From positions 6,496 to 70,495 of IMG/VR virus record IMGVR_UViG_3300034106_005922: DNA of 64,000 nucleotides, one strand, 5' to 3'. Within the stretch, counting starts at the first letter, position 1. Each line of letters opens with the position of its first letter. The notes beneath the pieces were generated by a model that had not been told where the DNA came from, did no database searches, and was given only the letters and a program-made list of their open reading frames with translations. This stretch comes from a virus. The translations under genes and the position numbers were made by a program. Below are positions 10,535 through 20,370 of this stretch, piece after piece.

Positions 10535-11619
10535 AATATGATTTTTTAATAGTTGGATGTGGTTTATTTGGAGTAACCTTTGCCCAGCAAGCAAAAGAAA
10601 AAGGCAAGAGATGCTTAATTATTGACTCAAGGAATCATATTGGTGGAAATGTTTATACAGAAAATAAAGATGGTATTAATATTCATACTTATGGCCCGCA
10701 TATATTTCATACAAATAATGACGAAATATGGAACTACATAAATAAATTCACAAAGTTTAATTATTTCATCAATAGACCTAAAGTAAATTACAAAGATAAG
10801 CTTTATTCATTTCCAATTAATTTGTTTACCCTGTATCAACTTTGGGGAGTAAAAACCCCAGAAGAAGCTAAATTAAAACTAGAGTCAGTTAAAGTTAAAA
10901 TTGAAGAGCCTAAAAATCTTGAAGAATGGACCTTGTCCCAAGTCGGAGAAGAAGTTTACTATACTTTTATTCATGGATATACAAAGAAACAATGGAATAA
11001 AGAGCCCAAAGACCTTCCTTCTTTTATTATAAAAAGACTACCAATTAGATTAAATTTTGATGATAATTACTTTTTTGATAAATATCAAGGTATTCCAATT
11101 GGTGGTTATACCAAAATTATAGAAAATATGACAGACGGAATAGAGGTAATATTAAATGAAAACTATTTTGATAGAAGGGACTATTGGAATCAAAAAGCCG
11201 AGAAAGTTATTTTTACTGGTAAAATAGATGAATTTTATAATTATAAGTATGGGGAATTAGAGTATAGAAGTTTAGAATTTAAAACTGAAAGACATGAAAT
11301 TAAAGATTATCAGGGAAATGCCATTATAAACTATACGGATGAAAATATCCCATATACAAGAATATTAGAGCATAAGCATTTTGAATTTGGCGAGCAAGAG
11401 TATACCTATATAACTAAAGAATATCCAAATAATTGGGATAGAAATAAAATCCCTTATTATCCAATAAATAATGATAAAAATAATGATCTATATAAAAAAT
11501 ATAGACAAATAAGCGAAAAAGAGAATAATATACTATTCGGAGGAAGACTAGCAGAATATAGATATTACGACATGCACCAAATTATTGGCTCTGCACTACA
11601 AAAAAGTAAAAATATATAA
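10531..11619 (+). CDS. glf: UDP-galactopyranose mutase
   Basis: IVGCGLFG, HIGGN, YGPHIFHT, GYTKKQW, YQGIP, GRLAEYRYYDMHQ. Confidence 0.95.
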   Translation: MKYDFLIVGCGLFGVTFAQQAKEKGKRCLIIDSRNHIGGNVYTENKDGINIHTYGPHIFHTNNDEIWNYINKFTKFNYFINRPKVNYKDKLYSFPINLFTLYQLWGVKTPEEAKLKLESVKVKIEEPKNLEEWTLSQVGEEVYYTFIHGYTKKQWNKEPKDLPSFIIKRLPIRLNFDDNYFFDKYQGIPIGGYTKIIENMTDGIEVILNENYFDRRDYWNQKAEKVIFTGKIDEFYNYKYGELEYRSLEFKTERHEIKDYQGNAIINYTDENIPYTRILEHKHFEFGEQEYTYITKEYPNNWDRNKIPYYPINNDKNNDLYKKYRQISEKENNILFGGRLAEYRYYDMHQIIGSALQKSKNI

Positions 11620-12761
11620 TGAATACAAATTTTATAGAAACATATCATGGTAAAAAAATAGATACAGCAAATATTTTAAATATTGAAGATGCAAGTAAAC
11701 TTATAAAAGGCAGAAAAACAGTAGTAATAACTGGAGTAACAGGTCAAGATGGAAGTCATATGGCAGATTTTCTTTTGAAAAATACTGATCTATTGATTTT
11801 CGGAGGAGTCAGAAGACTTAGCGTATATAATCATGAAAACATTAAACACATTAAATCTGACAGATTTCATTTAATTAATTTTGATTTAACTGATTCCCAT
11901 GCAATAGCCCGAACAGTAGAAAAACTTCAACCAGATTATTTTATTAATTTTGCAGCTCAAAGTTTTGTAGCCAGCAGTTGGGATTTTGCGAAACAAACGT
12001 GGGCAACCAATTCAACAAGTGTTTTAGATATATTAGAAGCAATTAGACTTTATAAACCATCTTGTAGATTATATCAAGCTGGATCTAGCGAAGAATTTGG
12101 AAATGTATTATATAGCCCTCAAGACGAAAAACACCCATTAAGACCAAGAAGCCCATACGGAGCTAGTAAAGCTGCTTCTAGACAATTAATTAAAGTATAT
12201 AGAGATTCTTATAATCTTTATGCAATTCAAGGATGGCTATTTAATCATGAAGGCATTAGAAGAGGTGAGGAATTTGTAACTAGAAAAATTACTAAAAATA
12301 TAGCAAGAATACATAATGCTTTAAAAAATAATGAAGAATTTAAACCAATGGAACTAGGTAATATGGAAGCAAAAAGAGATTGGAGTGATGCAGAAGATTT
12401 TATAGAAGGCGTATGGATGATGCTAAATCAAGATAAATATAATTCAAATTATAATGGAATACCACAAGAATATGTATTTTCATCTAATGAAACCCATACT
12501 ATTAAAGAGTTCGTTGAAAAAGCTTTTAATATAGCTGGAATTAAAGGTAATTGGATAGGAGAAAACGAGCATACCATGTATGTATCAAATGACAAGAAAA
12601 TCTTAGTTCAAGTCAATCCTAAATTTTATAGACCAGCAGAAGTAGAATTATTATTAGGAAATTCAAATAAAGCAAGAGAAGAACTTAATTGGAAGCCAAA
12701 GATTTCATTTGACAAATTAATAGAAAAAATGGTATCATCAGACATTGATAATTTAAAATGA
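11619..12761 (+). CDS. gmd: GDP-mannose 4,6-dehydratase
   Basis: ITGVTGQDGS, AAQSFV, PRSPYGASK, FNHEG, EFVTRKI, RDW, RPAEV. Confidence 0.95.
   Translation: MNTNFIETYHGKKIDTANILNIEDASKLIKGRKTVVITGVTGQDGSHMADFLLKNTDLLIFGGVRRLSVYNHENIKHIKSDRFHLINFDLTDSHAIARTVEKLQPDYFINFAAQSFVASSWDFAKQTWATNSTSVLDILEAIRLYKPSCRLYQAGSSEEFGNVLYSPQDEKHPLRPRSPYGASKAASRQLIKVYRDSYNLYAIQGWLFNHEGIRRGEEFVTRKITKNIARIHNALKNNEEFKPMELGNMEAKRDWSDAEDFIEGVWMMLNQDKYNSNYNGIPQEYVFSSNETHTIKEFVEKAFNIAGIKGNWIGENEHTMYVSNDKKILVQVNPKFYRPAEVELLLGNSNKAREELNWKPKISFDKLIEKMVSSDIDNLK
12709..12738 (+). promoter_or_regulatory. sigma70-type promoter (TTGACA-18-TATCAT, extended TG)
   Basis: Inside the 3' end of gmd, upstream of 12758; same -10 as promoters at 15585 and 27926. 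Confidence 0.55.
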
Positions 12762-13390
12762 AAAAACTATTAACCTCACAAGAAAAAATATACGAATTTC
12801 ATGCTCCAAAAGATTTATTCGATAAAGCTTACGAGCAAGTATTAAAAATAAATTTTTATAAAAATGCACACAATAAAATTTCTATTGATGCTTCCAGAAA
12901 AGATCAACAACAAGAAGAAAAAAATCTAGCTAAAAATCCCAATTTTGACGAACTACATCAATGGTTTATGGAATGTATTCAAAAGGTTTCAGTTGATACT
13001 GGTTATGAATGTGATTTTAAAATTATTCATTCATGGGCGAATAAATCTGAAAAAGAAGAAAAACATCACGAACATAATCATCCTATGGCCGTAATAAGTG
13101 GAGTTTTTTATTTAACAACAGCTAGCGAAAATGGTGGAGGAGAAACTTATTACGTTTATAGTTCAAGTACTTGGGATAAAGCCTTTTTAAGATATATTCA
13201 TGAAGAAAAATATCTTATTAAACCAGAAGCGGGAAAATTAATACTTTTTCCTTCAATTCTCAATCATGGATGTCTTCCAAATAAAGAAGAAGACCCTAGA
13301 TATACAATAGCTTTTGATGCTTTTCCTTGTGGTCAATTAGGTACAATAGAAACACATGGGATAGATCTTGTTATTAGTGTCGTTAATTAA
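12758..13390 (+). CDS. 2OG-Fe(II) oxygenase (TIGR02466-like)
   Basis: SWAN..HHEHNHP..ISGVFY, PEAGKLILFPSILNH, RYTIAF. Confidence 0.8.
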   Translation: MKKLLTSQEKIYEFHAPKDLFDKAYEQVLKINFYKNAHNKISIDASRKDQQQEEKNLAKNPNFDELHQWFMECIQKVSVDTGYECDFKIIHSWANKSEKEEKHHEHNHPMAVISGVFYLTTASENGGGETYYVYSSSTWDKAFLRYIHEEKYLIKPEAGKLILFPSILNHGCLPNKEEDPRYTIAFDAFPCGQLGTIETHGIDLVISVVN

Positions 13391-13395
13391 TTTTA

Positions 13396-13743
13396 ATGCA
13401 AAAAAATACTAATCATAAACTCTGTCAATTAATAGTTAAAAAATATGTCAAAGGAAATATAAATTGGGCAAGAGAAATTAAAATAGCCCAAAGACTTACT
13501 AAAAAATTTAAATCTTTTGAATTTTGGGATAATCTTAAAGACTTAGGAAGTCCTCCGCCATCTTTAGCTTGGTTTTTAAAATCAGAAGGCAAAGCATTCC
13601 TTTTAAAGGAATACGAAAGTTTTAATATGAATTTAAGTGTTGATATAATAGAATTAAAAGAAAATAAAGTAGCAGAAGATAAAAAAGTTTGCCAAAAGCC
13701 TAAAACTCTGTTAGAATTTATAAGATATGGGAAGAAAACCTAA
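13396..13743 (+). CDS. Hypothetical protein
   Basis: 115-aa ORF tiling between oxygenase and recA. Confidence 0.6.
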   Translation: MQKNTNHKLCQLIVKKYVKGNINWAREIKIAQRLTKKFKSFEFWDNLKDLGSPPPSLAWFLKSEGKAFLLKEYESFNMNLSVDIIELKENKVAEDKKVCQKPKTLLEFIRYGKKT

Positions 13744-14869
13744 AGAAGAAATTATTGAGTCCTCTGGTCCAAGCGCATCAGATAGGCTATTATCATTTTT
13801 AAAAGATAATAAAGAAGATCATTATAATTTTGAAGATGAAGTTTATTATAAAGTATCAACTGGTAGTTTGAACCTGGATATAGCTACAGGTGGAGGTTTA
13901 TGCCCAGGATTACATAGATTTATTGGAATGAATGAGGGTGGGAAAACTTCAGAAGCATTAGAGGTAACAAAGAATTTTTTAAAAACAGTAGAAAACTCTA
14001 GAGCTTTGCTATTCAAAGCAGAGGGAAGACTCAGCAAGGAAGTAAAAGAGCGTTCTGGAATTAAGTTTGTAACAGATCCTAAAGAATGGATCGATGGAAC
14101 TTGTTTTGTATTTGAATGTAATATTTTTGAAACAGTTTCAGAATTGATGAAAGATTTGATTCAATCTAATGATGAGAATAAGAGATACATATTTATTCTT
14201 GATTCAGTTGACGGATTGATGACCAAAGGAGATTCTCAAAAGAATATGAGTGAAGCCACGAAGGTAGCAGGAGGGGCAGTCATCTCATCGATGTTAATGA
14301 AAAGAATTTCTCTCGCGCTTTCTAAACGTGGTCACATGGCAATTTTTATAAGTCAAGTTAGATCTGATATTAAGCTTGATCCTTACGCAGCGAATAAAGA
14401 TATTCGTCAAACTACTGCAACTGGTGGTAATGCACTATTGCATTTTGCTAATTGGATTCTTGAATTCGAACCAAAGTTTAATAAAGACCTTATTCTTGAA
14501 AAGCCAAATGATAGATATGATCCAATTAAGAATAAAATTATTGGACATAATGTTAAAATTGCAATCAAGAAGTCCACTAATGAATCAACTAATTCAAAAG
14601 TTCAATATCCAATTAAGTATGGTCGTAAAGATGGATCTTCTGTTTGGAGAGAGTATGAGGTAATCGATCAAATTCTTTCTTGGGAATTCGCAAGTGCCAA
14701 GGGCGCGTGGGTAACATTCTCAGATGAAATTATAGAGGAACTTAAACAGCAAAATCTTGAACTCAAGAAACAGCATCAAGGCATTGATAATCTAAGAGCT
14801 TATCTCGAAGAGAATAAGCCAATAGTAGATTATTTTTATAATAAATTCATCAAAACCCTTGCGTCATGA
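13727..14869 (+). CDS. recA: RecA/UvsX-like recombinase
   Basis: STGSLNLDIATGGG, Walker A GMNEGGKTS, FILDSV, FISQVR, TGGNALLHFA, KGAW. Confidence 0.9.
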   Translation: MGRKPKEEIIESSGPSASDRLLSFLKDNKEDHYNFEDEVYYKVSTGSLNLDIATGGGLCPGLHRFIGMNEGGKTSEALEVTKNFLKTVENSRALLFKAEGRLSKEVKERSGIKFVTDPKEWIDGTCFVFECNIFETVSELMKDLIQSNDENKRYIFILDSVDGLMTKGDSQKNMSEATKVAGGAVISSMLMKRISLALSKRGHMAIFISQVRSDIKLDPYAANKDIRQTTATGGNALLHFANWILEFEPKFNKDLILEKPNDRYDPIKNKIIGHNVKIAIKKSTNESTNSKVQYPIKYGRKDGSSVWREYEVIDQILSWEFASAKGAWVTFSDEIIEELKQQNLELKKQHQGIDNLRAYLEENKPIVDYFYNKFIKTLAS

Positions 14870-15285
14870 GATTGTTAAATATTAACGGCACGCTCGTTAA
14901 TAAAAACGTAAGAAAGAATTTAATAAACTGGGAGGGTAAAAGTCGTAGTAAATTGCAATTTAAATTTAAGCAATTCTTTTATCCATACTGGAAAAATCAT
15001 ATAGTTTACGAAGAGTTTCCAGTTTATGGAACAATGCTTAAGGTAGACATATTAAATGCAACAAAAAAGATAGCGATTGAGATTCAAGGCAATCAACATG
15101 AATCCTTTAATGAATTTTTTCATGATAATTCTAGATTAAAATATCTTCAAAGTATAAAAAGAGATGTTAAAAAAGAAAAATGGCTTGAAATGAATGAATT
15201 TAAATTCCTCGAACTATATGAAGCCGATTTAAAGAAACTTTCACCACAATATATAGAAGAAAAATGCGGAGTTTTAATTATTTAA
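14866..15285 (+). CDS. Vsr/DUF559-like PD-(D/E)XK endonuclease
   Basis: EEFPV..KVDIL..IAIEIQGNQH..RD..K. Confidence 0.7.
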   Translation: MRLLNINGTLVNKNVRKNLINWEGKSRSKLQFKFKQFFYPYWKNHIVYEEFPVYGTMLKVDILNATKKIAIEIQGNQHESFNEFFHDNSRLKYLQSIKRDVKKEKWLEMNEFKFLELYEADLKKLSPQYIEEKCGVLII

Positions 15286-15291
15286 GTGTAA
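15286..15291 (+). promoter_or_regulatory. GTGTAA putative late-promoter motif
   Basis: Same motif as before virion genes; 9 nt before GTG at 15301. Confidence 0.5.
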
Positions 15292-15300
15292 AATTTAATA

Positions 15301-15573
15301 GTGACAAATAAGAAAAAATTTAAAATACCAGATTCATTATTAAAACAAATTGATGAATGCAGTTTTGGAGGATATATACTTTTTAATTTTTCAAGTAAAG
15401 GCGACCCACAAGTATTCACTAAATTCGATAATCAAATAAACGCTATGGCTTTATTATATTATATTAATACATGGAGTCAAAGTATAGATCAATTAAATTT
15501 AGAAGCTACAACAGATTTAATAGCAAGAAAAAACGAAGAAGAAGACGACGATTTTGACGAAGACAAAGATTAA
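15301..15573 (+). CDS. Hypothetical protein with acidic C-terminus
   Basis: 90-aa ORF ending EEDDDFDEDKD; own GTGTAA motif. Confidence 0.6.
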   Translation: MTNKKKFKIPDSLLKQIDECSFGGYILFNFSSKGDPQVFTKFDNQINAMALLYYINTWSQSIDQLNLEATTDLIARKNEEEDDDFDEDKD

Positions 15574-15584
15574 GTTTAAAACAC

Positions 15585-15613
15585 TTGACTTTTAATTTTT
15601 ACTGAGGTATCAT
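15585..15613 (+). promoter_or_regulatory. sigma70-type promoter (TTGACT-17-TATCAT)
   Basis: Intergenic, 9 nt before the dnaB ATG. Confidence 0.75.
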
Positions 15614-15622
15614 ATATAAAGG

Positions 15623-17107
15623 ATGATTTATTCTTTACAGGTAGAAAGACACGTATTAAGCGGCTTGTTGAAGCACCAAGAATTATTTGCAGATATAGAT
15701 ATTTTCTTATCTGAAAATGATTTTTTTAACGATGTTCATTCAACGATATATTCCGTATTTAAAAATATTAAACATAAAGGCGAAAATGTAGATAAGGTTC
15801 TCCTTGCCGAAAGGATCAAGAATCTAGGAATCTCATTTAAAGATGATATTAATATTTTTGATTATATTGATAATTTAACTTTTTCTCAAATAACTGAACA
15901 AGCAACGATGGAGTCGTGCAAAGAGTTATTAAAATTAAGGGTAAGAAGAGAAATATCTCAAACGGCAGATAAGCTAAAAGATTATGTAGTAAAAAATGCA
16001 GATGATAATTTGGATGAGATTATAGGAAAAATAGACCAAATATATAATAAAAAAATATCTTCTTATTCAGAGAATGATGTTCCAATTAATATCTTTGAAG
16101 GTGTTGAAGATCTTGTAGAAGAAATCGGCAACAGCCCAAAAGAAGATACTGGACTTATAACTCCATATTCTGAATTTAATAGAATGTATGGTGGCTTAAA
16201 GAATGGAAATATTTACGCTATCGCTAGTAGGCCAGGCCAAGGTAAATCAACATGGCTAAATGATATCTGCTTTAAGACTTCAATTAATCCTAAGAATAAA
16301 ACTAAAACTCTTATTCTTGATACTGAAATGCAAACAGTGGATATTCAATTGAGAATGGTTGCTTCTTTAAGTGGAGTACCAGTTTGGTATCTTGAAACTG
16401 GTAATTGGCGTAAAAATGAAGAAATGACAAAAAAAGTAAGAGAAGCTTGGTCTAAAGTTAAAAAATATGAATACTTTCATTATCATGTAGGAAATAAAAA
16501 TATTGATCAAGTATGCTCTATTATTCGCAGATGGTATCTCTCTAAGGTCGGAAGAGGAAATCAAGCTATGATCGCTTATGATTATATTAAATTAACTGGA
16601 GAAAAGGTCGGCCAAAATTGGGCAGAACATCAAGCAATTGGAGATAAGATTGATAAGTTAAAAAGAATTTCCGAAGAGATTCATTGTCCAATTATTACTG
16701 CCATGCAATTAAATAGAACTGGTGAAAGTTTCAATAGAAAAGGTTCAGAAGTAGTCGATGATAGTTCTGTTATTTCACTTTCAGATAGGCTACAATGGTT
16801 TGCTTCATTCGTAGCCATCTTTAGAAGGAAAACATTAGACGAAGTTACTCTTGATGGTCAAACATTTGGAACTCATAAATTAATCCCGACTAAAACAAGA
16901 TTCCAAGGAAAAGATGCAGCTGGTCATCAAGATTTGGTTAGAAGATTAGATTGTACTGGAAAAGAAGTATGGTCACAAAATTACTTAAATTATAATGTTC
17001 AAAATTTCAACATAGAAGAAAGAGGATCACTTGTTGATGTAGCAGAGCGTCAAAGAGAACAATACGAATTGAATGATGCAAACGCAAATGATGGAGAATT
17101 ATTATGA
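15623..17107 (+). CDS. dnaB: DnaB-like replicative helicase
   Basis: N-terminal ERHVLSGLL, Walker A ASRPGQGKST, DTEM, YDYIKL, AMQLNR. Confidence 0.9.
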   Translation: MIYSLQVERHVLSGLLKHQELFADIDIFLSENDFFNDVHSTIYSVFKNIKHKGENVDKVLLAERIKNLGISFKDDINIFDYIDNLTFSQITEQATMESCKELLKLRVRREISQTADKLKDYVVKNADDNLDEIIGKIDQIYNKKISSYSENDVPINIFEGVEDLVEEIGNSPKEDTGLITPYSEFNRMYGGLKNGNIYAIASRPGQGKSTWLNDICFKTSINPKNKTKTLILDTEMQTVDIQLRMVASLSGVPVWYLETGNWRKNEEMTKKVREAWSKVKKYEYFHYHVGNKNIDQVCSIIRRWYLSKVGRGNQAMIAYDYIKLTGEKVGQNWAEHQAIGDKIDKLKRISEEIHCPIITAMQLNRTGESFNRKGSEVVDDSSVISLSDRLQWFASFVAIFRRKTLDEVTLDGQTFGTHKLIPTKTRFQGKDAAGHQDLVRRLDCTGKEVWSQNYLNYNVQNFNIEERGSLVDVAERQREQYELNDANANDGELL

Positions 17108-17760
17108 ACGTAGAATTAATATCAATTACAAAACCAGAAATAAAAGGGTTAAAAAATCCAGAAGATTTAGTTGCATATTGTGCTAGAGTTAGTAATCCAT
17201 CGAATCAAATGAATACTGAAACTGCTCCAAAATTATTAAAATTCTTGATTCAACATAAACACTGGAGTCCATTTGAACTCGTTGATATGTGCGTTGAAAT
17301 TAAAACTAGTCGCGGAATCGCTGCTCAAATTTTAAGGCATAGGTCGTTTAGCTTTCAAGAATTTAGTCAAAGATATAGTTTAGCAACAGAATACGAAGAC
17401 ATTGAACTTAGACTACAAGGAGATAAAAATAGACAAGTAGGAGAAAAATTACTATCAGTAAATAATCCAGCTTATGAAAAAATAAGCGAACTTATTGCGG
17501 AAAGCTTATCCTTATCTCAACATTGTTATGATACAATGATTGAAAATGGAGTAGCTAAAGAAGTTGCGAGAATGGTATTACCATTAAGCACAGAGACTAC
17601 TATGTATATGAAGGGGTCATTAAGAAGTTGGGTTCATTATATTGAGCTAAGGACAGAACAAAATACGCAAAAAGAACATAGACTTATTGCTGAAAAATGC
17701 AAAAAGATTTTTATGAAAGAATTTCCTACGATAAGCGAGGCTTTAGAATGGAACAATTAA
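17104..17760 (+). CDS. thyX: Flavin-dependent thymidylate synthase
   Basis: HWSPFE, RHRSFSFQEFSQRY, EVARMVLP. Confidence 0.95.
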   Translation: MNVELISITKPEIKGLKNPEDLVAYCARVSNPSNQMNTETAPKLLKFLIQHKHWSPFELVDMCVEIKTSRGIAAQILRHRSFSFQEFSQRYSLATEYEDIELRLQGDKNRQVGEKLLSVNNPAYEKISELIAESLSLSQHCYDTMIENGVAKEVARMVLPLSTETTMYMKGSLRSWVHYIELRTEQNTQKEHRLIAEKCKKIFMKEFPTISEALEWNN

Positions 17761-18653
17761 ATGTTTATCAAATTTTAACCGATCTAGGATATAAGTTAAA
17801 AGATTGTGGTAAAGAATACAGAACTAGACCTCTTTATAGAGACAGCGACAATGATACTGTCTTAAAGATTTACAAAGATACAGGTCATTGGTTTGATTTT
17901 AAAGAAAATATAAGTGGAGACTTTAGTTCGCTAGTTGGAATGACTCTTAAATTAGAAGATGCAAGTAAAGCTAAAGAATGGTTGCAAAATAAAAATTTTG
18001 CATTTCACCAACCAAAAGAAATAGAAAAACCCTTATTAAAATCAACCAAAACATTCGATATAGAATTACTATCTAAATTAGAAAATAATCACGATTACTG
18101 GATTAATAGAAATATACAAAAAGAAGTAATAGCAGAGTTTAAGGGTGGCGTTGCAAAAATGGGTAAGATGAAAAATAGATATGTATTTCCAATTTTTAAT
18201 TTAAATAATAATATCACTGGATTCTCTGGAAGAGATGTATCAAATCTATCTAAAATCAAATGGAAGCATCTCGGAGAAAAGAGCGAATTCATTTATCCTC
18301 TGTTTTTAAATTCAAAAATTATAGAAAATGAAAAAGAAGTTATTCTTGTAGAAAGTATTGGAGATTTACTTAGCCTTTGGCAAGCTGGAATTAAAAATAT
18401 TATTGTTACATTTGGAGTAAGTTTGAGTTTGCCAATTTTAAATTATCTTTTAAAAATTGATATCAAAAAAATATATATCAGCTTAAATAATGACTCAAGT
18501 AAAAATAACGCTGGAAATATTGCCTCAGAGAAAATTTATTCTAAATTAAAAAGATATTTTGACGATAGACAATTGAAGATATCATTACCACTTAAAAAAG
18601 ATTTCGGAGAGATGACTACGGAAGAAATAATTCAATGGAAAAAGAATCTTTAA
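17748..18653 (+). CDS. dnaG: DnaG-like Toprim primase (atypical motifs)
   Basis: RYVFPIF..GFSGR, ILVESIGD, VTFG, KDFGEM; start likely ATG 17748. Confidence 0.75.
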   Translation: MEQLNVYQILTDLGYKLKDCGKEYRTRPLYRDSDNDTVLKIYKDTGHWFDFKENISGDFSSLVGMTLKLEDASKAKEWLQNKNFAFHQPKEIEKPLLKSTKTFDIELLSKLENNHDYWINRNIQKEVIAEFKGGVAKMGKMKNRYVFPIFNLNNNITGFSGRDVSNLSKIKWKHLGEKSEFIYPLFLNSKIIENEKEVILVESIGDLLSLWQAGIKNIIVTFGVSLSLPILNYLLKIDIKKIYISLNNDSSKNNAGNIASEKIYSKLKRYFDDRQLKISLPLKKDFGEMTTEEIIQWKKNL

Positions 18654-19588
18654 AAGTATTATCAGCTTCTAGAATTAAGACCTTGGAAACTTGTTCTTGG
18701 GTTTATTGGCTTAATTATCACGCCAAAGTACCACAATCTCAAAACGATGGTGCATTAAGAGGCACTATATGTCATACTATTTTTGAATTACTTTTAAATA
18801 AAAGGCATCTTAAAAATTATAAAAGAATAATAAAAAAGAACGCTATTAATGGAGATGAAGGAGTAGATAGATTAGTTAAAAAGTTATCAGCAAAAGTTAA
18901 ACTAGATGAAAGCAATTATAAGTTGTTAAATGATATGATTTTAGTTGGTCTTAAAAATGATTTCTTTGGAGAAGGCGGGGAGATAGTGAAACCAGAGTAT
19001 TCATTTGATATTAAAAATGATGAACCCAAATATCATATCCGAGGCTTCATAGATAAACCCGTTCAAATCAAAAAAGAAATGCATATAATTGACTACAAAA
19101 GCTCTAAATATAAATTTAGGGGCGATGACCTAGAAGCCAACATTCAAGCTATGATGTATAGTCTTGCAAGCAAGAAACTATGGCCAAAATTAAAACCTAT
19201 TGTTAAATTCTTATTCTTAAGATTTCCAAAGCAACCAATTCAGGAATTATCTTTTGACGAAGATCAAATCAAAGGATTCGAGCATTATTTAGAGCATATT
19301 AATGATTATGTAAATAAATTTGATGAAAATTCAGCTAAAGCAAATTTTGCAGTTGATAGCGTAAAGAATAAATGGATGTGTCAAGTTGGTGGGTGGAAAT
19401 GTCCATATAAAGATGCGTATACATACTATGTTAAAGTAAATGAAAAAGGTGAAATAGTAGAAACTAGCCTAGAAGATAATTTTAAAGATATGAAAGGATT
19501 TAAAGTAGAAACTAGAAAATATGAAGGATGTCCAAAATTTCAAACCAGTTTTGCTAAAGACCACTCAAAAGACGAATTTTTAGATTGA
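18635..19588 (+). CDS. Cas4/AddB-like PD-(D/E)XK exonuclease
   Basis: LSASRIKTLETC, RGFIDK, IIDYKSS, Q..Y, C-terminal Cys cluster (possible Fe-S). Confidence 0.8.
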   Translation: MEKESLKVLSASRIKTLETCSWVYWLNYHAKVPQSQNDGALRGTICHTIFELLLNKRHLKNYKRIIKKNAINGDEGVDRLVKKLSAKVKLDESNYKLLNDMILVGLKNDFFGEGGEIVKPEYSFDIKNDEPKYHIRGFIDKPVQIKKEMHIIDYKSSKYKFRGDDLEANIQAMMYSLASKKLWPKLKPIVKFLFLRFPKQPIQELSFDEDQIKGFEHYLEHINDYVNKFDENSAKANFAVDSVKNKWMCQVGGWKCPYKDAYTYYVKVNEKGEIVETSLEDNFKDMKGFKVETRKYEGCPKFQTSFAKDHSKDEFLD

Positions 19589-19613
19589 TATATTCATAAA
19601 CTCTTGTTATATT
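19585..19613 (+). promoter_or_regulatory. sigma70-type promoter (TTGATA-17-TATATT, extended TG)
   Basis: 7 nt before ATG 19621; -35 overlaps the upstream TGA stop. Confidence 0.55.
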
Positions 19614-19620
19614 TGTAAAA

Positions 19621-20370
19621 ATGATACCTTTATTTAAATCTCATTATTCTTTAGGAAGATCCATTCTTACTCTAGAAGACAAGTCTGAAAGAGATGAATA
19701 TCCAGATTCTGTTATTCAAATAGCCAAACAAAATAAATTAAAAGAGATATTCTTAGTAGAAGATAATATGTCATCATTTCTTGAGGCTTATACAAATTGC
19801 AAAAACAATAATATTAAGTTGAATTATGGATTAAGAATTTCAGTCACAGAATCAATGAATGATAAAACAGACGAATCAAGAAATAAAAATTCAAAAATAA
19901 TCTTATTTTTTAAGAATAAAAAAGGATACGAATCATTAACAAAATTATTTAGTACTGCAGCTAAAGATGGTTTTTATTACGAGCCTAGATTAGATTACTC
20001 TATTTTAAAACAAAATTGGTCAGATAATTTAATTCTAGCTATCCCATTTTACGATTCTTTTATATTCAACAATACTTTAAAAAATAGCATTTGCGTGCCT
20101 CAATTTGATTTTACAAAACCAGTTATCTTTATAGAAAATAATGACTTACCTTTTGATTTAATAATTAAAGATAAAATGCTATCATTTGCTAAAGAGAATA
20201 AGCTAGAAATTTTTAATACTAAAAGTATTTATTACAATTCTAGGAAAGATTTTAAGACATATCTTACATTTAGATGCATTAACAATAGAAGTGTGTTGAA
20301 TAAACCAGAAATAGAACATATGAGTAGTAATGAATTTTGTTTTGAAAGTTGGGAAAATGAAAACTCTTGA
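19621..20370 (+). CDS. Stand-alone PHP domain of DNA polymerase III alpha (probably metal-site degenerate)
   Basis: FKSHYSLGRSILT, QIAKQNKL, IKLNYGL, KNKKGYESLTKL, YYEPRLD resemble the DnaE N-terminus. Confidence 0.8.
   Translation: MIPLFKSHYSLGRSILTLEDKSERDEYPDSVIQIAKQNKLKEIFLVEDNMSSFLEAYTNCKNNNIKLNYGLRISVTESMNDKTDESRNKNSKIILFFKNKKGYESLTKLFSTAAKDGFYYEPRLDYSILKQNWSDNLILAIPFYDSFIFNNTLKNSICVPQFDFTKPVIFIENNDLPFDLIIKDKMLSFAKENKLEIFNTKSIYYNSRKDFKTYLTFRCINNRSVLNKPEIEHMSSNEFCFESWENENS

Noticed and set aside
12758-13390. 2OG-Fe(II) oxygenase as a TET/JBP-type DNA base hydroxylase
   Set aside because: Motifs fit the widespread TIGR02466-like family (HxH), not TET/JBP (HxD), and no DNA methylase is adjacent.
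18635-19588. Cas4-like gene as part of a CRISPR system
   Set aside because: No cas1/cas2 or array; stand-alone Cas4-like nucleases are common in phage replication modules.
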